Shown one piece after another: positions 40,091 through 52,858 of a stretch of DNA of 64,000 nucleotides. Source of the DNA: Phoronis australis (taxonomy: Eukaryota; Animalia; Phoronida); NCBI GenBank assembly GCA_002633005.1, contig NMRA01000141.1, forward strand, positions 124,001 through 188,000. Reading direction: 5' to 3'. The first letter of the stretch is position 1; each line of letters starts with the position of its first letter. A model generated the notes under the pieces. The model was not told where the DNA came from. It saw only the letters and a list, made by a program, of their open reading frames with translations, and made no database searches. The translations under genes were made by a program, and so were the position numbers.

Positions 40091-42298
40091 GTAAAAGTTA
40101 GTGATCCTGATACATATATTGTATGTTATCGTAAACAAGAGATATTGCGATTGCTATGTTACGAAAGAAAGTGGATTCTAGAAAATGACAATACCTGCGG
40201 TATGGTTGTCACGGTTAACATTCAATAACGAAAGAACGGAACAACTGGGTTGAGAAGCGGGACTTAAGGATAAAAAGCAGGACATTTGGATCTAAGCCAA
40301 AACATAAGGGTGAAATGTTCGCTGCAACACACAAAGACGTACCGACAGTGTTTTTTGTCAAACTGGAGATGATCATTTCTTTCAATATATTCAAGAGATA
40401 TTGAAGTTTTCAGTCTGCTCACTGATAGTTTTTTCATTTACTTCTCGGTCGCATTTTGAATAGTTTAGGAGACCTTCTTTATTCCACTTTCTTGGCTACT
40501 CGTCTGTCGTCGGCTGCTATAACGCTACTTGTCTCCGATATAAAGGCCAAAAGGGTTCTGGGCATATTGATGATACTAGATCTTTAGAAAATCGTCTACA
40601 TAATCACTGTTATTTTCTTTTACGTGCGTACGTCGGCTGAATGACAAATGATAAGAAAAATAATTGTTCTCAGAAAACTCTACGGTAGGGGGCATATTTT
40701 GGCTGTACTAAACCTTGAAGATAATTCTACGTTTTGTCACAAGGTGAGGACCATCTAACGTTTTGGCATAGTGATGGGCAAACTTTTGTGTACTATGAGC
40801 ACACAGATGCAGCTTTATCTCCATGAATTTGGTATATTTGAGAATCTTGACAATTTCTCCTTACAAAGTGAGTTGCGATATTTGCACAAGCATAGTTTCC
40901 GGTCATACCAAGTAACTTTGTTGTACAGTGTGCATTACTCGACTGGTTAGCTTAAAATCAATTTAAACTTGTACGTATTTTACATAATTTAGTTTAAATT
41001 TTCAGCAGCATTCATTTGTAGGGGTTCCTGTTGAGACTAGCCCGTCGTATTTTCTCTGGTATAGGTATTTTGATAGTCAGTGGCATGTATCAAGTCGTAC
41101 GGCATTGTTTAGTTTAATAGGTGACACCTAGACAAGCTCAATTTTGTGAGGTCTTTTGATCTCTGGTGGACCAATTCCAGATTGCAAATTTTCTGTCATG
41201 GCTGGTCCGGCGGTATGATTGTTCACTGAAAGCCAGTTTTGGCCGGCACCTAGAATGACTAATCTATCTCGAAATTTCAACAGCATTCCGCTGGGGAGAT
41301 GTCTGATACTTTCTGCTTGGGCCAACCCAGATTTGTTTTTGTCATATATTATAGAGAATGCATAGTTAGCACAAACTCTGTTTACCCCGCTCCACTACGG
41401 ACCTTCGTTTCGGCACCACCTTGGTCCCAGGTATTGCACCGGCCCCCTATTTAGACTCGAGGTGTTCTATTTTTCTCGCCCTCCGTTTTTTTCGCGGACG
41501 CGGTGGGAGGGTGGCCAGTTTCGTACTGGTCTTGGTGACGTCAGTCCGTCGGCTCAACGGCCTGGGTGATGTCACTACGTGCAGGGCTTAATTTCACTCC
41601 CTCCGCCTTCCGTCGCGTATTCGGGTCTGTCGCCACCGAATACTCGGCTTCGCAGTAATTACCGCCTGTGTTTTGTCACTTTTTGCCCTTGTTTTGTCAA
41701 GAGAAAATCCCTGCACTCTCCGTTGTCTTTTTCTTTCTACATGTTGTTTCGCGGGCTCCCCCGCGGAATTTGTTTACAAATCGTTCATTACGCAAGACTC
41801 GACTGTCAACAAACGAACAAAACTTTTCCAGTGCATTGCAAAGTTCTGTGTTTTAAAACACAATAGGGAACAAAAAATAGTCACTATGTCTGTTTTACTG
41901 ATTCCTCTTTCTTTTGAGTCGGAAAATCGAACACAGTGACGTATTATCTCACCACGACACTACGATTTATGGGTGCTTCGGTTCGCATGTGCTCACGTTC
42001 TTCATAAATAGTACTTCTTCAGTGTGCGATCACCTGGTAAGGAAGATTTTTGGTCACCCTATACTTAATCATATTCAAATACGTTTTAGCTTCTCTGATT
42101 TTGCTTCTGTGAAAACACCGATAACACTGTTATAGTAAAATCTGTTTTTAACGACTCGAGGCCAAAGACACTGAGTCTGAGTGCCAGTGGCGGGAGGTTT
42201 ATTTACAACGTCCCTCACCCTGTGTAATTTAATTTAACTTATTTTGCTTCAAGCCAAATCTGCTGCCTGTTTTGGTGTGTTAGATTTACGCTGTTAAT

Positions 42299-42433
42299 GC
42301 CTAACGTAGCGAAACAAAGTCGGCACAGAATGATAGTTAACGATTTTTTACTCATGTGGTTAAAATCACTGTCTTCCAATTAAAAATTCTCGATACATCC
42401 TGCAACTTTTATTTGTTAGCTAGTAATATCGGC
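42299..42433 (+). repeat. Dispersed repeat shared with about 44840-44990
   Basis: gcctaacgtag...tactca(t/c)gtgg...cttcca...aattctcgataca...tgcaac occurs at both loci. Confidence 0.6.
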
Positions 42434-45033
42434 TTCTGTCGGCCGTTTCCGTAACACTTTGTTCTTTGTGAGCAAATTCGGTTTCTATCAGTCATTTCCG
42501 CGACGTGTCATGGTCGGTAAGTGGCAGTCTCGTCTTTGGTCCTTCTTTCAAAACGGCTTCCAATACTCCATTTTACGTTTTTTGCTTTTTGTTCTACAGC
42601 TTTCCATTCAGCGTTATACAGTCTCATTCGCTTTTTCAGACCTCAGGTCAATTGTACAGTGAGTAATATTGTTAGATGTTATTATTACTGCTGATTTTGG
42701 GCACGGTTGTGATATTCATATGATAACAAAAATAAAAATCCAAGATGGTCGATTGCCAGCGTGCCAGTGTAATAGTGGGTGATAAAGTTAATGATTTCTC
42801 CATTATTTTGCAAAAAAAAACATTCTTTAATTTGTGTATTGAGAAACACTTACACAATGTTTGAGAAGAGTGCATCTAAATAAATAGCTTCATCTCAAAA
42901 AATCGAGCGGTGCAGGCTGATTATTGATGGTGTTAGAAATTGAGTAATGCTATTCGATGGGATGACAGTCTTATTATTTGTTTTCCAGGTTTCCGTTCAC
43001 CCATCACAGTCACTACTCCAGACCACAAGTCAAGTTTACTTCCCAGTCGCACCTCCAGACCACAAGTCAATTCTACAGTCAGTTAAATTGTTAAAAAGAA
43101 ACAGTACCAGCATTGCAGTGTTTTAGTGGATGACAAAGTCTTTGTTCAGTTCTATGTATTTAGCAAAACCTTACTTACTATTTCTTACTTTCCTCCAAGC
43201 CTAACTTCAATGGAGTTTTGTTATTTTAGATGTATTGGGCTATCCAGATAGTCCTAGCGAAGTCTTACCAAAACAAGAAACGCTAGTTTAATCACTCAAA
43301 TGTAGACCCGTCAAATGATAGGTGAAGTTGCCTTTTCGTGCTATATTGCGTCACCGCGAAAACCTAACACAAACAACAAACGGCCGATAACAGTTGTATT
43401 GAATAGCGGATTTGCAGCGACGCCATATTGAAATTAGTTAAAATGGTGCATTGTGGGTGCTGTGGTCAGGATTCCGAAAGCGGCCATAGTAACAAGCATA
43501 AAACGCGGTATGAGCGCGAAGAAAACTTACGGCGGATACACTTGTGTTCCTGGCTNCGCCATATTGTTCTTGCTTTGCCCCGAGTCTTTGCAACACACGC
43601 GAAATCTTACTGGAGTTCTTATGGTGAATTTTACGCTTAAAACGTTAACACGATTTAAGGGATGGTAGTTGGATCGTGGAATAACTGTGGATGGACGAAG
43701 AAAATGTGAACTTGTTATGTTGTGCGAACCTGTGAACGGACTGGAACTGGAACTCGACCCGTTCTCACTAGGCCTGAATGCCGCAGGCATACAGGGGCGA
43801 TAGTAGATCCCCATAAAAAGTTACTCATTTCAAAATACAGCAAATAAAATCAATTGAAACATGCATATGTGCGCATGGAGTTATAATTAGCACATTCCCT
43901 GACTCTGGATACAATTTAGTCTACAAATAACTTGAACATATCCGTGAAAACATCGCGGTTCGCTCGAGTTTCTCTCAGCGGGCGCTATTTTGAGGAAGTT
44001 ACGTGAAATCACGCCTTTTGACGAACAAAAGGTCCAAGGGACACAAATCTTACATATTTCACTTGATATTTTCCCTTGCAATTGTGCAAGTGTCACGCGC
44101 CAGGTAACGCGCTTTCCCCAGTCTCGCGCTAGCCTTTTTCTCATACTCCTGACTCAGTTGAACTACATTGTGGTTATCGCGTGCGCGGTCCACGTTAACA
44201 GTAACCAAAAAGTGGAGTTGGAATTCTTCGCCAAAGTCACCTGAATTCCCGTAGCTATGTTTCATCGAGGATATGTTTAGAAGCAGAAAGGATCACTGAA
44301 GAAAATAAGCGTCTTATTAGGTGATAATTTTAGGCGTAAAATATATGTTTGGCGAGGTGAAAACTTAATCAGTGAGCGGATTTCGCCTAAAGCCCGATTA
44401 AAATACACGGGACGAAATTAGTGCGAATCTGAATTTCATTTGCCATAACAGCAATGCTTGTTTGGCATTTTTCACACTAAAAGATTAAAAACTAGAAGTA
44501 AACAACAGAATAAACTCTGCTACCGTATCGGGCAAATGGCCAAACGACAAGCTTTTGTCCCACTCGCGTTGACGTCACAGCTAGGTCTTACATAATCTCG
44601 CGATATTGTTATAAACTCGCAAGAGGAAGTAAACAAAAAGCAAGCCAATAAGTCTAACAGTTTGTTTCATTTGTCAATTGATGGCGCTGGAGGACTCAGA
44701 TCGAGAGAAGCTCTTACCGTACTCTAGAAACCAAATTTACATGTGTTACCGCTCAAGATAGGCTTTTAAGCCCTTCGTTTACCTAACAGTAATGGTTAAA
44801 TCTTTCGCATGTTTTGGTGAGTAAGTAGTGCGTTATTAGCGCCTAACGTAGTGAAAAAATGGCATATAACGGTAGTGAATTCCTGTAAAGAAATTGGAGT
44901 TTTTGTACTCACGTGGGATAAAGTCGCTACCTTCCAGTTATAATTCTCGATACACCTTGCAACATTCCTATGTTATCTAATATTGGTAGTATACATATTC
45001 ACATCAATTTTTTCTTTTCTGCATGATTATTAC

Positions 45034-45680
45034 AAATGGTTTTTCATTAAGTAAGTCTTAAGTGCTGTGTTTGTACACAATGGTGTGTACATGTATTATT
45101 GTACCTCACAATTTCATTGTTTTTATTGCTGAGATTTCTGTACATGCCTGACCCAGTCATCCTTAGTGTGCACATTGCTGAGATTTCTGTACATGCCTGA
45201 CCCAGTCATCCTTAGTGTGCACATGTATTATTGCTGAGATTTCTGTACATGCCTGACCCAGTCATCCTTAGTGTGTACATGTATTATTGCTGAGATTTCT
45301 GTACATGCCTGACCCAGTCATCCTTAGTGTGCATATTCATGGTGAGACTTTTGTAACTACACTGAAACTATTTTGTGTACAAATGCTTCTTAAGACAGAT
45401 TTTGTAAAAAAAAACATTTGTGTGAGCTCTCTTATTGTGGTACTGTTGCATAGATATGTCACACTGTCATCACGCTTAGTATGGAAATCTCTGATTAAAA
45501 TGGTTTTTTCATTAAGTCATTCCTGAGTGCTGCATTTGTACACAAACATGTATTATTGTACCTCACAATTTCATTAGTTCATTGCTGAAAATTATTTACA
45601 CATGTTGATCCAGTCATCCTTGGCGTGTATATTTATGATGAGACTTTTGTAAATACACTGAAACTATTTTGTGTACAATA
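45034..45680 (+). repeat. Direct duplication containing a 49/56-bp tandem array (4 copies in the first unit, 1 in the second)
   Basis: ttgctgagatttctgtacatgcctgacccagtcatccttagtgtg at 45126, 45175, 45231 and 45287. Flanking unit aaatggtttttcattaagt...ttttgtgtacaa at 45034-45383 and 45498-45680. Confidence 0.85.
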
Positions 45681-46570
45681 CAGTATTTTAAATACTTCCT
45701 TAGTTTTCACTTTAAAAATATCTGATTACCGTACATTATATTACGACAGAGTAAAATGTTTTGGAAAGAAAAAGTATTTGTAGTGCCTGCGAGAATCCCG
45801 CAGCCGCACATCCTGCCTAAATCTGACAGAAATTCTGATTGAAGCTTTAGAATGAAACGGTCTATTCAAGAAATATTCCTGTCTCTTGCGACGAACACTA
45901 ATGTTCAATTAAACTTCTTGCTATATCCCACCGGCATTTCTCATACACTAGCTATTACCCGTGCGAAGGCTTCTTATAGAAGTTGACGGTAACATGACGT
46001 AAGATTAACTAGGATAATGAACGAAATGGTGATGGAGCTATAACAACATTTTAGCCGGGTGCCAGCGATAAGATGAAAAAGAAAACACCATAGGCTAATC
46101 GATGTTGTCATTAGTCTGAACGACCAATTAGTTGTCGAAGTAATTCGCTAAGAAGTGAAAATAACTTAATCTATACTTACAAGGACATTCACCTTAACTA
46201 CAACGGCGCGTTTTGTCATTACATTTCCTCTAAGTCGTCCAGAATCTTTATATTAGTGTTTACACTGTTGATCTTAGTTAAAAGCGTTAAGTGAAACTGT
46301 TATTGCCATTTGTCAACAGGGATACGTCGGCAGAATGTAAAACGCCAACTATGACTTGAAGATGGTGTGTCTAATTAAACATCTATGATTTTTACTTTCA
46401 GCTCACAGAGGTTTCAACCAAGTAATCACGGACAAGTTAAGTCTACATCACTGGATTATAAATCGTGGACAATTGCACAGCAACACCACGAGAACATTCC
46501 AGAACCTTGAACTGTTATCCACTAGTCAAACATGGCTGCTGCCAGATTTTGAAGACCACTTTGCGGAAAA

Positions 46571-47644
46571 ATGAAGAACGAAAATGTGCACGACGTTTTT
46601 GATCTGGAACAGCGTGCTCACGACCTGCTGTCGTATCCTCCGTACTCCTTAATGCTGGTGCTGGGGTTTGTCGCTGTTGTGGCCAACATAATGGGTTTGA
46701 TTGGAATTACCCAAGTAAAGGGCGGATCTAGTCCACGAGTGAGGTTGATACTCAGTCTAGGATGTTCGGATATTTTGTGCGGGCTAAGCAACGTTTTGTA
46801 TATCGTTTTCAGAATCCTGATGCGGCCAATTGGAGATGACGACCCCACGTGGTGCTACACAGAAGTTTGCAAGGTGTTGGTGTACTCTAGCTATATAGCA
46901 ACGTTGCTCAACTTGCTAGGCATGGCGATAGACCACTACATAGCCATCATGCGACCCCTGCACTACACGACGCTCATGAGCAAGAAAAGGGCCACTCTGA
47001 TGATCGTCGCGTTCTGGGTTACGTCCTTCATTTTAGGATTTTCCGATTTCTTGATATCTATTCCCGTTGTGAGCTGCCGAGTGGATTTACATAAGACGGT
47101 TTACGATGCCCTCTATGCTGTTTGGAGTTTGACTCTGGTTTGTTTTGCCATCATGCTTTATGTCTATTTAAGGATATACCAGGAAGTACGTAAGCACCAG
47201 AAGCGAGCCCCAGTCAATTCAGACTTCCATAATAACAAAAAGGGGCTAATAACGACATTACTTATTCTTGGCACATTTTTCGTTTGCTGGGTTCCAGCCG
47301 TCGTCTTAGAAATTGTCTTCTATGTCATCGTGTTCGTGAAAAGTAAGCCCTTAAGCCAAGAGGGTCGCCTGGCTTTCTCTAGAATAGCTGAGGCTCTGTT
47401 GTACCTTAGTGTTCTGTCTGTGGTTAACGCCATTTGTGATCCCGTCATTTACATGACGCGAACGGCTGAGATTCGTCAAAGTTGCAGCAATTGGTCACGC
47501 CGACATTGTTCAGGCAAACTGTGTAACCGTTCCTCATCAGGGGCAAAACTCAATGGAACGAATTACGCCATAATTTTAGGTGGAAGAAGTCGTTGCTTTT
47601 CTAACGCTTCTCTGACGAAAAGTACCATGGATACGGTAGCCTGA
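46571..47644 (+). CDS. Class A (rhodopsin-like) 7TM GPCR, orphan, melanocortin/adenosine-receptor-like; single coding exon
   Basis: 357-aa ORF with seven hydrophobic segments. TM1 VVANIMGL, TM2 LSLGCSD, TM3 MAIDHYIAIMRPLHY (DRY variant), TM4 Trp (AFWV), TM6 CWVP, TM7 NAICDPVIY (NPxxY variant). Upstream splice acceptor tttactttcag ends at 46401. Confidence 0.95.
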   Translation: MKNENVHDVFDLEQRAHDLLSYPPYSLMLVLGFVAVVANIMGLIGITQVKGGSSPRVRLILSLGCSDILCGLSNVLYIVFRILMRPIGDDDPTWCYTEVCKVLVYSSYIATLLNLLGMAIDHYIAIMRPLHYTTLMSKKRATLMIVAFWVTSFILGFSDFLISIPVVSCRVDLHKTVYDALYAVWSLTLVCFAIMLYVYLRIYQEVRKHQKRAPVNSDFHNNKKGLITTLLILGTFFVCWVPAVVLEIVFYVIVFVKSKPLSQEGRLAFSRIAEALLYLSVLSVVNAICDPVIYMTRTAEIRQSCSNWSRRHCSGKLCNRSSSGAKLNGTNYAIILGGRSRCFSNASLTKSTMDTVA

Positions 47645-48008
47645 ATATAATGGGTCTCGTCAAAAATAGTGTGCTGTAGTGCGTGTGTCTTGCGACAGAT
47701 TAGAGCTGGATTGTGTTTCGCAGGCACACGAATCTCGCAAAGGAAGCGAATGTGATTGCGTGCTTCGACTGTAATGCAAGCATGTCTGCATCGAGTGAGG
47801 TCTTGCGTTACCCTGAGGAACGCCGGGCTATCATATTTTACATGTTGTGTGCGCCACATAGCTCGCAAATACACGGTAAACAATCTTCTTCTCTCACGTA
47901 CCGCTGGGGTTACTACCATTGCTCAGTTGTTTTCTTAAGACTTCTGCTTCTTTCACTAGGAACCACGATTCTGCTCTTTCGAACACATTCTTCACTGTCC
48001 AGCGATTG

Positions 48009-48483
48009 CAAGGGTGAGGTCAACAACTGGTCCGACTTCAAAACCAGTCGGCTGGACTTCAAAATGAAATAGCCGGTCATCAAAGGTGTTGTCCTGACTT
48101 CAGATTGCAATGGCCTCGCCCAAAAAACTAGTTGGCTGGACTCAGACGATGGCTGGTGCTGCAACCAGTTGGCAGGTGATCAAACACAACGGCAGGACTT
48201 CCTCAGAGACTCGCTTTGAATGCCTCGAAGGATTCAAGTGACATCTAGTGTTTAGTTTTCGTACCCGTTTGTTTTGTTCAAACTCGGCGATTTGTGCGGC
48301 CATTGTGTTTGAACACCTGCCAACCCGTTTTTTGGGTGTGGCCATCTGGTTTTGAGGTACCGGCCAAACCGTTTTGAGGTCCGACCACCAAGTTAGAACA
48401 CGGGCCATTGAGTTTTGAAGCCAGCTGGTTTTTGAAGTGCGAGCAAGTGGTTTTGAAGTCCGACCAATTGTTGATTCCCCCTG
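48009..48483. mobile_element. Foldback MITE with subterminal ~21-bp repeats downstream of the GPCR
   Basis: tcaacaactggtccgacttcaaaacca versus tggttttgaagtccgaccaattgttga; CA...TG ends; flanks GATTG/GATTT. Confidence 0.7.
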
Positions 48484-50139
48484 GATTTTATACATATTTT
48501 GTACCAAAAAACTGAATCGCGTGCGATGGTATCAAGATCAAGCCTCGAACAACACGTGACTCTTGTGCGGTTAGAGTTATGAAAAGAACTGCAGTCCATC
48601 AAAAAGCAGTTACTGTGGAAAACTGATTTCTGGTATCTGAGGAAAAATGCTGTTAGTAAAAAAGATAATGAGAAACGAAAACAGCCAATGTGAACGAGCG
48701 TGCGGTGCGTGAGAGACGGAGGGGAGGCATGATCTGCTACGAAACAGTTAATGGTAGGCATTCTCACACGTCAGAGGTGTGAAAGAGGGCAATTAAAACA
48801 ATCATGGTTTTCGCGACCTTATTGCGTTTTCGCTTCTGGAAGAATTGCATCTTTTTAAGAGTCGCAATACCAAACGTTATAATTCGAATCAAACAAACAC
48901 AGAAAAATCAGTAGCCCCAACCGTGGTTCATGACTTTTCGGTGTTTGTTTGATTCACTGTTGGCCAACACCATCGTCTATATTTACTGTTGTTGCCAGTC
49001 TCTATAACTTGTCTAGCTGAGCATTGTCAGACGTGAAGCTGTTGTAACTCTGTTCGTCCGATCAGCCATTTCTGAGATACAATGCTTCGAAGTTTACCAA
49101 ATTTTAAATTTTTCTTACTAGGTAATTCATCAGGTAAAGATTGTTGAGGCGTGCTTTTATTATTTGCTTGTTTATCCATAAATATTCGATAAAAGTCATT
49201 GGTTTATCCAAGCATACATTGATTGGGAACTGTAGTGCAGGCTTTTTGCATGCATTTTTCCGCTCTTGTTCTCTGTATATCGTTGACCTGCATTACCAAA
49301 GTTCCATGTGCGTAGCAAAACCATATTTTATGTTTATGTTAACAACCAATGTTTGTGGGACAAAGATGACATGCTCCATTTGGATGGAATGATTATCTTG
49401 ATTGATATGTCAGAGCTGTCCATAACCAAAATAAGCCACAGCTCAGGGTCACGCGCTATAGGTGCCCATCTCGTCGCCGCAGGGGTGTCTCAAATGTTAT
49501 GTCAACGAGGCGGGGGGTGGTAGCTCAAAAATCGAAAATTGCGGCGACCATGCTGAGCAACTGCACTGGAAATTTGCGGGAAACTATGACGACCGGGGAC
49601 ATTTATAACTTAGGGGCCCCAGGAAAGCTTAACTGAGCAGGCAGTGATAACCGTCATAAGTAGACTATGTGTTGTATTGCAAATGTTGTACATGTTAATT
49701 ATTGTGCATATACTCCTGATTGTAACAGTTCGTCAATAGTGTAAGGCACAAAATAAATGTATGAATGTCTCTGCAGTATGTTGTTATTATCCGTGGTAGG
49801 CGATTTAGACCTTGCTGTTTGGTGGTCCGAACCCGAAAAAGCATTAACCAGAAATTTGGGTACCCATATTTTAACAAAATGTCACAATAAATGGTCAATT
49901 TTAGACCTGGACGCGCTACGCAGAAGTAGCTCCATCAGCTCGAAATTGAGTTCACGGAACATTGCCTCGAAATTCTCGATTACAGTTTCGTCCGTTTCGG
50001 AGACTGAAAAATGGGGCCTAAGATAAAATTCATTTTGTAATTGCAGGCGGTCTGGTACACATTGCGTCAGACGTGCGCAGGCCACTGTGCTGGTCCCATT
50101 GCACTGATCGCCTAGAACCTTTTGTATGCTTTAGTAATA

Positions 50140-50262
50140 TATAGTTGAAACCGAACTGAGGAACTGGAGACCTGATTCAAAGATCTAGCAGTGTGCCCCA
50201 GCAGGACTCGAATCCACGACCTTGAGCAAAGGCAGCGAAAATTTTCCCACTAAGCAACCCTG
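50140..50262 (-). mobile_element. tRNA-derived SINE
   Basis: Minus strand A-box-like TTGCTTAGTGG and B-box-like GGATTCGAGTCC, then a non-tRNA body and TATA tail. Confidence 0.5.
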
Positions 50263-50529
50263 CCTCTTCAGTTCCATTTTTAGAGTCCGGTTCATTTTTA
50301 GGGAAAATTCACACTCTGATTATTATGGTCACGTTTTGAAAGAGTGAGGCTTCGATGTTCCTGGTACACGGTCTAAAAATTAGGCATAAGCCTACGTGTC
50401 GTAGAACTCGATCTGGGCCAGGGCCTGGCATCACTCGCCCTATAGTGGAAGCAGTTAGCTCGCTATTTCTAAAATTTGTAAATACACTTACAAGGTGAGG
50501 AATCCGTCATCCTAATGCCGTTTATTTGT

Positions 50530-50721
50530 TTAGTCGAAACAAAATTCTTTGAAATGTGCCGAACAAAGTGAGGCCCCGACTGAATCGCATGTTCCACACG
50601 GACATTCCCCACTGTCGAGCTGCCATTTCGGTGCACCTTTCACGTGTTTAGGAAATTTGAACACAGCCACGTTCTCAGTTAAGTTGCTTTTACTACAACC
50701 CCCACAAACGCACCTTTTCAT
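50530..50721 (-). pseudogene. THAP-domain remnant, transposon-derived (possibly Kolobok; candidate terminus CTC|TTAA at about 51080)
   Basis: MKRCVCGGCSKSN...VFKFPK...W...LCSAHFKEFCFD is a C2CH THAP signature followed by a stop. Confidence 0.75.
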
Positions 50722-51268
50722 GTCTGAAAAAGGCGGTTCTCCGCGGAAGTAAGCCAAAAACGGCAGTATGGCGCTAGCCACCTTTTATCCTCAAACTCAA
50801 CGCAAATATAGAGATAAATTTACTTCAATCAGTTTTTAAAGAAAAGAAATCAAGACTCCACGCTACTTGAGACTACGAAGATGAGTACACATAAAGTACC
50901 TTTTCGATTTCCGGCGAACAACGTCTAATATTTCTTAAAATTTTCAAAAGAATACTTAACTCTGTTCTATACGACGGAGCATTAGGGTCATAAAAATCGT
51001 CGATTACCTCGTTATAACGAAAAACTAGGACAAGGTGACAAAAAAAAAACATTCGAGACCTCGTCAACCGTAGACATCTCTTAAAGAGGCATTTCCTTTT
51101 ACGCACTATCTAAAATCATGGACCTGTCCCCAGAGTTCTATCCTAAGATGAGGCAGGTTAATCAAGAACAAAATGAGACGTTTCAAACCTCCTTACGACC
51201 GAAACTTCTCCAAGATACCAACATGCACAGGAATGCTAAAAGTTCGTCAGTTTTTAGTGGCTGAGTAG

Positions 51269-51341
51269 CATGGGCGGCGTACCATAGGGGGCTGGGGGGA
51301 CTATAGCTCCTCCCACTTTTTTCAGTGCTGCGCCGCCCATG
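51269..51341. mobile_element. Short hairpin MITE, CATGGGCGGCGC family
   Basis: TIR catgggcggcg/cgccgcccatg; 5-bp TSD AGTAG. Confidence 0.85.
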
Positions 51342-52037
51342 AGTAGGTTAACCCGTCAAACTGGGCCGCTTCAAGGCAATGCAAAAAAATTTTGAGCCAG
51401 ATTTGTGAGAGTCGAATTCGTTATTTCCATGTAGTAAGTGGGAATGAAATGCACCTAATTATTGACTTGAATTTTATAAAGTAAAATCATTATGTTCTCG
51501 ATCGTGTTTTTTTCAAAAAAAAATCCTTTAACCGTACAACAAAAATTCCTGAGACAAACACTGAACTCTCAGGTAGTTTGTACTCCAATCTTTCTTGTAA
51601 AGGCCTACATTATGTTCATTTTCTCAATTTCTTGGAAACAACGAGCAAACAACAGCAGGTGCACTTACTTCTTGGAGTGTTTTAGTTATCTAGTTTCTGA
51701 TTACTTCGATATATGGAATAATTCGATGCCTATTGCAACAAAACTTCCGTCTAATGGACACATTTTCTGCTTTAAAATGCCACATATTGTGCAAACTGGT
51801 GTAAGATTGTGTGAGCCCTTGTATGACTCTTTTTAGGATTTGTTTCATTTCAAGTAGTGCAAAGGCAAATCCCAGCATCGGCGAGTTTTGAAGTAATTAT
51901 GACGACTGTAGAACCCTCTATTGGTCACCAGTTACTAATTTGCAATTCGAAGTGTGTAGGCTTTTGAAATGTAAAGCAATAGTGGCGACTGCCTTTAGCA
52001 CTGCCACGCAACCTGGTGATTTTCTCCTCTGTATGTC

Positions 52038-52858
52038 TGTCAGAATATAGACTGACAATGTTTTTAGTTGTATTGTTTTGTTTTGTTTTGTTACTCTGTT
52101 TGATTGGCATGACCCCTGAGTTAAGTACAGTGATGATGTAATTTGTTTACTACAAAATAGTGTGGAACTTTCTAGAAGACTGAGGTCAGAACAGTGATGA
52201 TATAATTTGTTTACTACAAAATAGTGTGGAACTTTCTAAAAGACTGACTTCAGAACAGTGATGACGTAACTTGCTTACTACAGTATAGTGTGGAACTTTC
52301 TAGAAGGCTCTAGCATGACAGTGATTATTGCAGTCTGGAATATTATAGAGACTAGTGTATGTTTATAGAATGATTGGGTAGATTCAGGAAAGTTCTAGAA
52401 TGTGCTTGAATTGATGTAAAGTTCATGAACAATGCATTAGGCTATAAATACACAAGCACGGGTTTGTGATAGTCAGAGATCAAGTCAGTTCAAGAGAGAT
52501 CAAGCCAGTTCAAGAAAGTGAATCAGGAGAATTACAGTTGAGTTGCAGTGAAGAGAATCGGCAGTTATAGCGATAGTCAATAGAGAGCCAGCTATAGAGA
52601 CAGCAGGTTATTGAATCAACGAGTGTAACAATTGCTGAACGTGTCTCAGAAGTTCATCACAAGTCAAGGCTACCCAGCACTGGCTGGAGCATAAACGGAC
52701 ATTACGTCGGACGTTTTGTTTGAGTAGGCTTGTGAACATACGGTCGGGATTAATAAAGGATTAACTCGAACCAGTCTTCAGTCAATCGTCGCACCGATAG
52801 CTATTAGCAACGGTCTGTAACAACCTGCGCCCACCCACACACGGGGAAAAACGTGACA
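52038..52858 (+). mobile_element. Solo LTR of an LTR retrotransposon
   Basis: TGTCA...TGACA ends; flanks ATGTC/ATGTT; three 64-bp tandem repeats (52128, 52192, 52256); TATAAATA at about 52444; AATAAA at 52752. Confidence 0.7.

Noticed and set aside
43443-43800. Additional THAP remnant (MVHCGCCG...)
   Set aside because: Only a Cys-rich start is visible; the FP/W/CxxH motifs could not be reconstructed and an N interrupts the region.
45126-45334. CRISPR-like repeats
   Set aside because: Head-to-tail tandem units without variable spacers.
50190-50262. Functional tRNA gene (also the candidate at about 35320-35380)
   Set aside because: A/B boxes are present but no proper cloverleaf can be formed; better explained as SINE heads.
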